From a virus (lineage: Duplodnaviria > Caudoviricetes): a stretch of 64,000 nt of DNA. The translations under genes were made by a program, and so were the position numbers. The DNA lies in the IMG/VR virus record IMGVR_UViG_3300043570_002364, positions 2,245-66,244 of that record. One strand, 5' to 3'. Below are positions 9,284 to 17,268 of the stretch, one piece after another. Under the pieces are notes generated by a model. That model had not been told where the DNA came from, did no database searches, and saw only the letters and a list, made by a program, of their open reading frames with translations. The stretch's first letter is position 1. Every line of letters begins with the position of its first letter.

Positions 9284-9452
9284 TATTCATGTGTTTAGTT
9301 TTCCAATAGTAATATCTGATTGCAAATACCCCAGAAACTATCGCCACTAAACCTGCAAATAAACTTACATAAGGCTGTATGCTACTTATTGTAACCACTG
9401 CACTTAAAATACTAACTGTGGCAGAAATGTCAGCGTGAGTATGATTAGTCAT
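9270..9452 (-). CDS. putative holin (2 TM)
   Basis: 60 aa, two hydrophobic helices, basic C-terminus; first gene after a promoter. Confidence 0.55.
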   Translation of the reverse strand: MTNHTHADISATVSILSAVVTISSIQPYVSLFAGLVAIVSGVFAIRYYYWKTKHMNNGQR

Positions 9453-9465
9453 GTCAAATTTTTCT

Positions 9466-9473
9466 CAAATATA
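9466..9473 (-). promoter_or_regulatory. Bacteroidota sigma-70 -7 box (TATATTTG) for the lysis genes
   Basis: CAAATATA on + strand just upstream of the 9452 start. Confidence 0.55.
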
Positions 9474-9495
9474 ACATTAAATTAGTTATATTATG

Positions 9496-9720
9496 TTAAA
9501 TTGTCCACTTTTTTTCAGGGCAAGCATCAGCTCCTACTGGACTGAACACCTTAGCACTAGTCGTACAGCCGCACTTACTACAATAGTCCCTTATTGATGA
9601 TTGTACCCAAAACTCACACGCCATACATATTTCCAATCTTTTTTCTGCAACCTCTTTTTGTTCTTCTGTTGGATTAATTTTAGTAGCGTAAGCTAGCAAT
9701 ATTTCTTTTATTTTGTTCAT
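9496..9720 (-). CDS. small Cys-rich (zinc-binding) protein, DUF6171-like
   Basis: RLEICMAC...CSKCGC...CPEKKW. Confidence 0.6.
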   Translation of the reverse strand: MNKIKEILLAYATKINPTEEQKEVAEKRLEICMACEFWVQSSIRDYCSKCGCTTSAKVFSPVGADACPEKKWTI

Positions 9721-10580
9721 ATAAATAAATTTTGATATTCATCATGATTTCCCCAATATGGATGAATTTGAGTTAAATTGTCTTTGTCATAGATTGAATT
9801 ATGGCTAGTGAAATGAACGCCATGATTGATATGAACTGGCTCATTTTGACATTCCCATTGGATTCTTTTCAATCTTTGGGTTTCAATCATTCCACTATTT
9901 GTAACTAAAGCATTAGGCAATATCTCTAAGCAATGCGTAATAGCATCATCTAATCTCATGGTCATTTGATGGAATGGCTCATCATTTTGCTTTCTTTTTT
10001 GCCATCCATTTTTGCATACGCCACCGTAATTCATATTGGTTAAGACTTGACCGGCAGCAAAATCAGGGAAGTCAAAGTAACCTTTTGGGTACATTACATC
10101 ATGCTCTAGGAAAGAAACATAGTCATATTGCCCCATAGTTTTTGCCGTATATAAGCATTGCATAATTTGCAACAGTTGGTTTAAATGAGATTGGCTAGTG
10201 TACCAACTATTAAATTGATGAAAAGGAACGCCTGGCATAAACTCCCAAGTACATACAACAATATCGGCTACACCTTTGCTAGCATCTTTAATTGTATCAA
10301 GTGATTTATATATTGCAGGCCAAATGCTATGATTATTGTTATTTGAGTAAAATATACCCAATTTTCGGTTTTTTGACTCAGGATAAACAAATGTATTGCC
10401 TTCTATAATTTGTGCCTGGAAACCATCATCAAATTGAATTTCTAAGTATTTAATTTGCCCCACAGCAGGATCTCCAATTATATCATTATTTGCTCTAATT
10501 ACTAATTTGTCAGCTACTATTTTGTTTTGCAATATATTAGTACAATCTACACCCCCATAAGTGGCTTTTGTTATTTTCAT
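9717..10580 (-). CDS. lectin-like N-domain fused to a GT-A fold glycosyltransferase
   Basis: ITKATYG...IIGDPAVGQIKYLEI (SUEL/Gal-lectin-like) followed by YDYVSFLEHDVMYP (DxD-equivalent EHD). Confidence 0.6.
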   Translation of the reverse strand: MKITKATYGGVDCTNILQNKIVADKLVIRANNDIIGDPAVGQIKYLEIQFDDGFQAQIIEGNTFVYPESKNRKLGIFYSNNNNHSIWPAIYKSLDTIKDASKGVADIVVCTWEFMPGVPFHQFNSWYTSQSHLNQLLQIMQCLYTAKTMGQYDYVSFLEHDVMYPKGYFDFPDFAAGQVLTNMNYGGVCKNGWQKRKQNDEPFHQMTMRLDDAITHCLEILPNALVTNSGMIETQRLKRIQWECQNEPVHINHGVHFTSHNSIYDKDNLTQIHPYWGNHDEYQNLFI

Positions 10581-10582
10581 TT

Positions 10583-11095
10583 TTATTTTTTTGCGTGCAT
10601 TATGCCCATTTGATTAATATCTGTACAAAACCATCCAAATTGATTAATGGCAAATATTTCAAATCCAAGTTCAGTTAGTTTATCTTCTAAAATTTTTTTA
10701 CATTCTGGATTATGATATTCAACTGCAATCTCTTCAACTGATTTGAATTGCTCTGCTGTTATATTCTTCATGTGATGCTCATAACCTTCTATATCCATTT
10801 TAATTAACTGTGGCTCATTTTCAACAATTAAACTAGCTAAATCATCAAATTCTAATATTGTTTTACAGATAAAATTATGATCTACAAATGTTTCATTTAA
10901 CTTAGCTATTTCACCGCATGAAGCATCTACGCCAATTACTTTTTTAGCACCTCTTTTTATAAAATATTCAGGAGTTGATTCAAATGGCTGGAATAACCAT
11001 CCACACCCTAAATCTAATACCACCTTACCTTCTACGCTTTCAATATCGTTCCAATGCTCAATTGGATTTTCCGATTCAACTACTTTTGTTTTCAT
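10583..11095 (-). CDS. SAM-dependent methyltransferase (FkbM-like)
   Basis: VLDLGCG motif I; LIKMDIEGYE and IAVEYH are FkbM-type motifs. Confidence 0.8.
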   Translation of the reverse strand: MKTKVVESENPIEHWNDIESVEGKVVLDLGCGWLFQPFESTPEYFIKRGAKKVIGVDASCGEIAKLNETFVDHNFICKTILEFDDLASLIVENEPQLIKMDIEGYEHHMKNITAEQFKSVEEIAVEYHNPECKKILEDKLTELGFEIFAINQFGWFCTDINQMGIMHAKK

Positions 11096-12024
11096 ATTAA
11101 TACTGATTTTTTTTCTACTTGTTGTATAATTTCGTAATACTTTTTTGATGCCGTTCCTTCTTTTATATTTAGATTAAGATTGTAAGGCAATCTCCCCATA
11201 AATTCTGCTTTATAAAATAAACCATCAGCAGAGCTAACGACACCAGCATTATGCAATATATTTAATCTGTCATAATCGCTTTCGGAACTAGTACCCCAGG
11301 CAAACTCTAAGTCTTGATGGCAAACTGTTTCTTTGCCCATTTTCCAACCATTCCAAAGTACTGCCCACATATCTGCACACCATATTTGTAATTCATGATA
11401 TTCAGGTTCTTTAGTCTTTTTCATATTGTTTAAAACTGTAACTTCATTGTATAATCTTTCACAATCTTTTTCTACGTTCTCCCAAAAACCTGCATTAATA
11501 CCTTTCATTAAATACTGGGCACCAATTGAATTAAGTTCATTATCTCTTATAACTGACTCATCAATCCCAACTATCTCACACATCTTATCCATAACATCTT
11601 GACCTTTGCCTAATATGTAACTATGGGCTATGTACCATCTGGTATCAGATCCATACCATTTGTCATCTTCTAAAAATTGATCCCAATTTATTGGCTTTGT
11701 AAGTACAATGTCGCAATCATGATACAATATGGCCTCATCCTCTAACTCAGGATTAGCTATAAAATGCTGCTTCAATATATTAGGGCGAATAGAAGATATA
11801 TAATGTTTAGTAGCTCTGGTATCATCATAAAAAAAGAACCTAACTGGATATGCATTAGTTAATTTAACCCATTCTTCCGGTATTACATTGTTCATTTTCC
11901 AGCATACAATATCAATATTGTTAGGGTTGATGCCCATTTCTATAAAGTTATTTATCATAACTTCTACTTGCCAAGCATAAAAAAGAGAGGTTGGCTGCGC
12001 ACAAATAAATCTGAGGTTTTTCAT
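11092..12024 (-). CDS. putative peptidyl O-glycosyltransferase (GT95/GT96-like GT-A)
   Basis: FYAWQVEVM, YISSIRP, ILYHDCDIVLTKP and WCADMWA occur in the same order as the plant HPAT/SGT1 motifs YxxWQ, YxxxN(R/K)P, DxD and WxxEMY. Confidence 0.6.
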   Translation of the reverse strand: MKNLRFICAQPTSLFYAWQVEVMINNFIEMGINPNNIDIVCWKMNNVIPEEWVKLTNAYPVRFFFYDDTRATKHYISSIRPNILKQHFIANPELEDEAILYHDCDIVLTKPINWDQFLEDDKWYGSDTRWYIAHSYILGKGQDVMDKMCEIVGIDESVIRDNELNSIGAQYLMKGINAGFWENVEKDCERLYNEVTVLNNMKKTKEPEYHELQIWCADMWAVLWNGWKMGKETVCHQDLEFAWGTSSESDYDRLNILHNAGVVSSADGLFYKAEFMGRLPYNLNLNIKEGTASKKYYEIIQQVEKKSVLI

Positions 12025-12027
12025 AGA

Positions 12028-12405
12028 TTAGTGTTGTTTATACGATTTTTCTTCTAATAGTTCGGAACCATATTTTTGGTTGATTTGCTTTTTAATTATG
12101 GCTCTGACATCATTTAATTGGTAAACTTCCCTGGCTAATTCCACAAATTTTTCTCCAAAATAACTTTTATGCTCACAATCCCTTAAATCATCTTCTACTT
12201 TCCATAGCTTTTTGTTTATGTCATAAAGCTCTTGGGTAAATGGATCTGTTAGTGTTTCTGGATATTTTTTGACCAATGAAGATTTGATTAATTTCCACTC
12301 CTTCTCAATGTTTGCAAGCTTTTCGCTGTCATGTATAAAAAGCTTTTTGATGGTTAAGATGGTATATTTATCTACTACCTCACCTATGCTTACTTCTATT
12401 TTCAT
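12028..12405 (-). CDS. DUF6165-like protein
   Basis: IEVSIGEVVDKYTILTIK...LYDINKKLWKVEDDLR...ELAREVY.LND.R..IK..IN...GSELLEEKSY. Confidence 0.8.
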   Translation of the reverse strand: MKIEVSIGEVVDKYTILTIKKLFIHDSEKLANIEKEWKLIKSSLVKKYPETLTDPFTQELYDINKKLWKVEDDLRDCEHKSYFGEKFVELAREVYQLNDVRAIIKKQINQKYGSELLEEKSYKQH

Positions 12406-12481
12406 ATGCCAAAGGTAATAATTTTATTAATATTATTTAATTTAATTAAATTAATTATATAGCTTTGCTTAAAAATAAACT
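12406..12481. promoter_or_regulatory. divergent promoter region of the glycosylation island
   Basis: TACCTTTG on - (CAAAGGTA 12410-12417) and TAGCTTTG on + (12460-12467) flank an AT-rich TTAATTAAATTAA block. Confidence 0.6.
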
Positions 12482-13828
12482 ATGCCGACAAGTTACCCAA
12501 TATATAAAGATTTAGTTAGAAATTGGTTTTTACAGAATGTACCATTAAATACATTGATTTTAGATGTAGGAGCTGGATGTGGCACTTATAGTGATTTACT
12601 GAGTGGTTATGGGTACAAAATGGATGCAGTGGAGATATGGAAGCCATATATTGACCAATATAAATTATGGGATAAATATTATATAGTTTATAATGAAAAT
12701 ATACTTACAATAGATTTTGATGTACTTGATGCGTATGATTTTTTTATTTTAGGAGATGTTTTGGAGCATTTAACCGAAGAAGAAGGACAAGCGTTAATGC
12801 TTTTTTTAAAACAAAATAACAAAAAATATATTGTTGCAGTACCATATCAAATGGAACAAGGTGAACATGAAGGTAATACACATGAAACCCATTTACAGCC
12901 AGACTTAACACCAGATATAATGAAGCAAAGGTACCCTGATTTAGAGCTTCTATATGGTAATAATTTTTATGGCTATTACATAAATAAAAAACCAAAACAT
13001 GAAAAAGCTTTTGTACTTTATGCTGATGAGTCTTACCTTGATCTTGTGGATGCTTGTTGTCGTTCCATTAGAAATCATTCTAGCCTTCCTATATACGTTT
13101 ATATGCTTAATTCTAAAGCTAAAGTAAATATTAAAAACACACAAACCATTGAATGGCAATGTGATGTAATACATTTAAAGAAAAGAAAAGAGTATATTGA
13201 CAGAGAAGATAAACAAATATATAAACTACTTATTGAGAGGCCTAAGATAGTAGCACACGCTTTAGAGCATTTTGCTGAAACTGTTGCCTACATTGATACA
13301 GACAGCATAGCTACTGATAAAATAGATAACATGTTTGAATATTTTGATGTTGATTCTAGCTATCCTTATTTTACAGAAGGCATATATGAATATCTTATAG
13401 TTAATGGTCGTGGAGGAGCTGAAAGTAGGGAAGATTTAAGTGGTACATTGGAAGCACCGGCTTGTGAATTATTTGGTATTAATCAACAAAATCGTGGGAT
13501 GTATAAACAAACTGGTTATTTTGTAGCAGGGCAGAATTGTTTTGATTGGTTAGCTGAATGGGCTTGGATGTGTCAACACCCATCTACTATGAGAAACAAT
13601 GCATGGTATGCACCTTTTAATGAGGAAACAATAGCTAATTGCCTTCTTTGGAAATACAATCAACAAAAAGGATTGCCATACTGTTATATTAATGGATTGC
13701 ATAATAAACTAGAATATAAAAACCATGAATATTTTCTTAAAGATTGGCAAAAGGTTCCATTAGAACAAAACCATTTATTTTATCATGGAGAAAAAGATAT
13801 TAATAAACTAAACCAATTTAACCTATGA
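12482..13828 (+). CDS. SAM methyltransferase fused to a GT-A (GT8/GT77-like) glycosyltransferase
   Basis: N-term ILDVGAGCG...GDVLEHL; C-term FVLYADESY...VAYIDTDSI...NEETIAN. Confidence 0.75.
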   Translation: MPTSYPIYKDLVRNWFLQNVPLNTLILDVGAGCGTYSDLLSGYGYKMDAVEIWKPYIDQYKLWDKYYIVYNENILTIDFDVLDAYDFFILGDVLEHLTEEEGQALMLFLKQNNKKYIVAVPYQMEQGEHEGNTHETHLQPDLTPDIMKQRYPDLELLYGNNFYGYYINKKPKHEKAFVLYADESYLDLVDACCRSIRNHSSLPIYVYMLNSKAKVNIKNTQTIEWQCDVIHLKKRKEYIDREDKQIYKLLIERPKIVAHALEHFAETVAYIDTDSIATDKIDNMFEYFDVDSSYPYFTEGIYEYLIVNGRGGAESREDLSGTLEAPACELFGINQQNRGMYKQTGYFVAGQNCFDWLAEWAWMCQHPSTMRNNAWYAPFNEETIANCLLWKYNQQKGLPYCYINGLHNKLEYKNHEYFLKDWQKVPLEQNHLFYHGEKDINKLNQFNL

Positions 13829-14025
13829 CACCAAAAGAAAAAGCAGATAAACTATGTATGAGATTCTTAATAGAAACAACTACTGATATACCATATGGAG
13901 TAAATAAAATTATTGCTAAAGAATGTGCATTAATAGCTGTAAATGAAATAATGAAAGCAGGTATTAATCCTATTGATAGAGTTTTTTATTGGGAAGAAGT
14001 TAAAAAAGAAATAGAAGCATTATGA
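13825..14025 (+). CDS. small hypothetical protein (MTPKEKA family), paralog of 58899..59099
   Basis: KA..L...F...AK..A...V..EI...YW..VK..IE.L pattern shared with the ORF at 58899. Confidence 0.6.
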   Translation: MTPKEKADKLCMRFLIETTTDIPYGVNKIIAKECALIAVNEIMKAGINPIDRVFYWEEVKKEIEAL

Positions 14026-16028
14026 GAATATTATTTTTAGCTCCTCACTTATCAACGGGGGGATGTCCACAATTCATATTAAAAAGAATCCAAAGTCTTA
14101 AAGATTATACCGAAAATGAATATTATGTAGTTGAATATCAATGTCATAGCTTGGATTTTGTGGTGCAACGTGATGCTATAAAAAGTTTACTAGGAGAAAA
14201 CTTTACTACTTTGTATGAGGATAAAATGGAGCTATTTAAAGTAATTGAGCAGTGGCAACCAGACATCATTCATATAGACGAACCATCAGAAAGATTAGAT
14301 AGACAGATGATAGCTAAACTTTATAATCCTAATAGAAAATATAGAATAGTAGAAACAATACATGACGTTGCTTTTAATCCTAATGAAGAAAAATTATTTC
14401 ATCCTGATTTATATGCTTTTTGTACGCCATACCATGAGCAAACATTTTCAAATATGGAATCTAAGTTTGTTACAATACAATATCCAATAGATAAACAAGA
14501 AGTAAATGCAGTAAAAGATGGCAAACATGTTCTTAATGTAGGCTTATGGACTAGGGGTAAAAATCAAGGAGAAGGACTTGAGATTGCTCGCAAATATCCT
14601 AACATGACATTTCATTTTGTTGGTTCCCAAGCTGGGAACTTTAAAGATTATTGGGAACCATTGATGAAAGATATACCAGATAATGTAAAGGTATGGGGAG
14701 AAAGAAAAGATGTTGATACTTTTATGGAGATGGCTGATATTTTTATGTTTAATAGCACTTGGGAATGTAACCCTTTAGTTTTGCGTGAGGCCATAAGCTA
14801 TGGTTTACCTATCATAGCTAGAAACTTACCTCAATATGGTGATATGTTTATCAAATACATACAGCCAATAGATACAGATTTACGTACATTAAAATGTACA
14901 TACAATGTACCTACAGACAATACCACACCAATATTTGCTTTTGCTCATGAAACAGCTTATAAGAAATTATTAGAATTACCTATTCAAAAACAAAAGGTAA
15001 AAATTATTCAGCATTTTGTGGACAATCCCTTTTTGGAAATTAAGGGGATTTCGGATAGTAATTTTAAAGTTCAATTTTTGGATGAAAAAGGTAGTATTGC
15101 TTATGAAAACACAATAAAAGCAAACTCTTGGGTTAAATTAAACCGGCAATATTTTACCGCATGGACAGCTAAAGTTTGGCAGGATGGACATCTGATTTAC
15201 AAAAACACCTTAAATCTGACCAATAAGAGGGTTTTTATAGTATTGGATAGTAAATCCCTAGGAGATACAATTGCATGGGCGGGATATGCCTTAAAGTTCC
15301 AGGAAAAGCATAATTGCCATGTGGTAATGTCCAGTTTTTGGAATAAAATACTGGACTACCCAGAATTAGAGTTAGTTGAGCCTGGTGCCACTGTTAATTG
15401 TTATGCCTTATATAGGATTGGATGGAAGTGGGATGAGAATAAAGAACCTGTGAGATGCAATACTATACCATTACAGCAAGCCGCTACCAATATACTTGGA
15501 TTAGATTACAAAGAAGTTAAGCCGAAGCTTAAAGATACATACGAAATACCTAGACAACCTGTTTATGTTGCAATTGCCACTAATTCTACAATGGAATGTA
15601 AGTTTTGGACTAGGGAAGGATGGCAAACAATTATAAACTATCTACATGAATTAGGCTATGATGTGTATAATGTTTCTAAAGAAGATAACCCTTTTGATAA
15701 TTGTACCAAAATAGATGATACTTCTATTGAAAATACAATGGATGTAATTGCAGGAGCTAAAATTTTTATCGGACTCAGTTCGGGATTATCGTGGGTTGCG
15801 TGGGCTTTAAATAAAAAGGTGGTAATGATTTCTAACTTTACCGAAGCAGACCATGAATTTGATTGCTACCGAGTAACTAAGCCTGATGTATGTAATGGAT
15901 GTTGGAATGATCCTAAGATTAAATTAGATCCATATTGGGATTGGTGCCCAAGAAATAAAGACTTTGAATGTCAAAGGTCAATACCGGCTAGTATGGTTAT
16001 AGATAAAATAAAAGAAGCAGGTTTTTAG
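14022..16028 (+). CDS. GT4 glycosyltransferase fused to a TibC/Aah-like (BAHT) protein O-heptosyltransferase domain
   Basis: N-term GT4 (KNQ, DIFMFNSTWECNPLVLREAISYGLP); C-term SLGDTIAW..YA..FQEKHNC, FIGLSSGLSWVAWA, CNGCWND...WCPR...FEC. Confidence 0.8.
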   Translation: MRILFLAPHLSTGGCPQFILKRIQSLKDYTENEYYVVEYQCHSLDFVVQRDAIKSLLGENFTTLYEDKMELFKVIEQWQPDIIHIDEPSERLDRQMIAKLYNPNRKYRIVETIHDVAFNPNEEKLFHPDLYAFCTPYHEQTFSNMESKFVTIQYPIDKQEVNAVKDGKHVLNVGLWTRGKNQGEGLEIARKYPNMTFHFVGSQAGNFKDYWEPLMKDIPDNVKVWGERKDVDTFMEMADIFMFNSTWECNPLVLREAISYGLPIIARNLPQYGDMFIKYIQPIDTDLRTLKCTYNVPTDNTTPIFAFAHETAYKKLLELPIQKQKVKIIQHFVDNPFLEIKGISDSNFKVQFLDEKGSIAYENTIKANSWVKLNRQYFTAWTAKVWQDGHLIYKNTLNLTNKRVFIVLDSKSLGDTIAWAGYALKFQEKHNCHVVMSSFWNKILDYPELELVEPGATVNCYALYRIGWKWDENKEPVRCNTIPLQQAATNILGLDYKEVKPKLKDTYEIPRQPVYVAIATNSTMECKFWTREGWQTIINYLHELGYDVYNVSKEDNPFDNCTKIDDTSIENTMDVIAGAKIFIGLSSGLSWVAWALNKKVVMISNFTEADHEFDCYRVTKPDVCNGCWNDPKIKLDPYWDWCPRNKDFECQRSIPASMVIDKIKEAGF

Positions 16029-16040
16029 CCTGCTTTATTT
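16014..16040. terminator. probable bidirectional intrinsic terminator between convergent genes
   Basis: AAGCAGG-TTTTTAG-CCTGCTT hairpin followed by T-rich sequence. Confidence 0.55.
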
Positions 16041-16502
16041 TTATACGTTTGGAGACATAGAGTCTGGTACAGATTCTTTTTTAGGTTCTTCTTTTTTAAG
16101 AAGCTTTTCCAATAAAACAGGATAATAATCATCTGTTACTATATTGAATAACTCTTCAACATCTAAATTAGGAACTTCAATATCTTTTTCAATCCCTCCT
16201 AATTCATCTAGCTTATTAAGCAATTCTGGTCTATGATCTTCTGGTACAAGATACTGCCCATCTTTTTCTTCCCCTTTTCCCTCTGCTATCATTTCTTTAA
16301 ATACGTCTAAACTGCTTTCATCAAAAGCTTTTTTTTCTTCAATTAACTTTTTGTTAAGCTGAGCATTTAAAATATACTTAATCTTAATTGACAACTTCTG
16401 CATAAGCAGACCTGTATTACTCCTTTCACCAGTTTGCTGGTTAACAACCCTTCCATTTAATTCATCAAACAAAATGGAAATTTCCGATAATGTTAATTTC
16501 AT
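16041..16502 (-). CDS. hypothetical protein
   Basis: 153-aa helical ORF; TAACTTTG box about 17 nt upstream. Confidence 0.65.
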   Translation of the reverse strand: MKLTLSEISILFDELNGRVVNQQTGERSNTGLLMQKLSIKIKYILNAQLNKKLIEEKKAFDESSLDVFKEMIAEGKGEEKDGQYLVPEDHRPELLNKLDELGGIEKDIEVPNLDVEELFNIVTDDYYPVLLEKLLKKEEPKKESVPDSMSPNV

Positions 16503-16550
16503 ATTTTATATTTTAAGACAAAGTTATATTAATTAAATTAAATTAAAAAA

Positions 16551-16889
16551 TTAAATTAATATAGTTGTTGTAGTTGTAATTGGGGCTTGAGTTGTAGTTG
16601 TAGTTGTAGTTGTTGTAACATCACCTATAATTATTAAATTAAGTTGTTCAGCTACCCAATCCCAAGCATATTGATTTGTTTGCCAATCTGCATAAGCTTG
16701 CCCTGTCATTATAAGTTGACCTGATGCTAATGGAACCATTAAAAATGCCGTATCAGAACTTGCATTTCCAATTCCATAATAAAATGAGGCTTCTGATTTT
16801 AAATTATCACCTTGGACATAGGCATTTAAAATATTTGCTTGTACTTCTAGGCCATTAGACCATACCGTAACTGGTTCAATTTGTTTCAT
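16551..16889 (-). CDS. tail-fibre-associated protein with poly-Thr tail
   Basis: Downstream of the fibre; ends VTTTTTTTTTQAPITTTTTILI. Confidence 0.6.
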   Translation of the reverse strand: MKQIEPVTVWSNGLEVQANILNAYVQGDNLKSEASFYYGIGNASSDTAFLMVPLASGQLIMTGQAYADWQTNQYAWDWVAEQLNLIIIGDVTTTTTTTTTQAPITTTTTILI

Positions 16890-16907
16890 TTTTTTTATTT
16901 TTATAAT

Positions 16908-17267
16908 TTAAGAAATAGGGGTTGGAGCATTTCTAGTAGAAAAAGGAGGATTAATATAAATAAAATTCTCAGTTTTCTTTTTATATGTTAATATAGCGTC
17001 TAATCTCATATTTATAAATTCTTGATTTAATAAAGATTCAAGCCACGCTGATACGATTTCTGTTGAAAGTTCTGATATTGGCGTAAAATTATCTGGATTG
17101 GGAGCTGGTATTTTAGTTTCTCCTACAAAATCAGCCTCGTATTTTTTACCATCAATTTCCTCTACTACCCTTTTAATATAATGTACTTTATATACAATAT
17201 TTTCCATGCCGTCTTTATTGGGTATAATAGCAGAGTCAATAATTCTCCATGTATATATCTTACTCAT
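16908..17267 (-). CDS. putative tail fibre assembly or accessory protein
   Basis: Directly follows the fibre; YTWRI...DGMENIVYKVHY...PDNFTPISELS.E.V.AWLE. Confidence 0.55.
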   Translation of the reverse strand: MSKIYTWRIIDSAIIPNKDGMENIVYKVHYIKRVVEEIDGKKYEADFVGETKIPAPNPDNFTPISELSTEIVSAWLESLLNQEFINMRLDAILTYKKKTENFIYINPPFSTRNAPTPIS

Positions 17268-17268
17268 A

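Noticed and set aside
9717-16028. GT island as a DNA hypermodification system
   Set aside because: No hydroxymethylase, thymidylate synthase-like, TET/JBP or phage DNA polymerase gene is visible, and the GT motifs resemble protein or glycan transferases. Not fully excluded.
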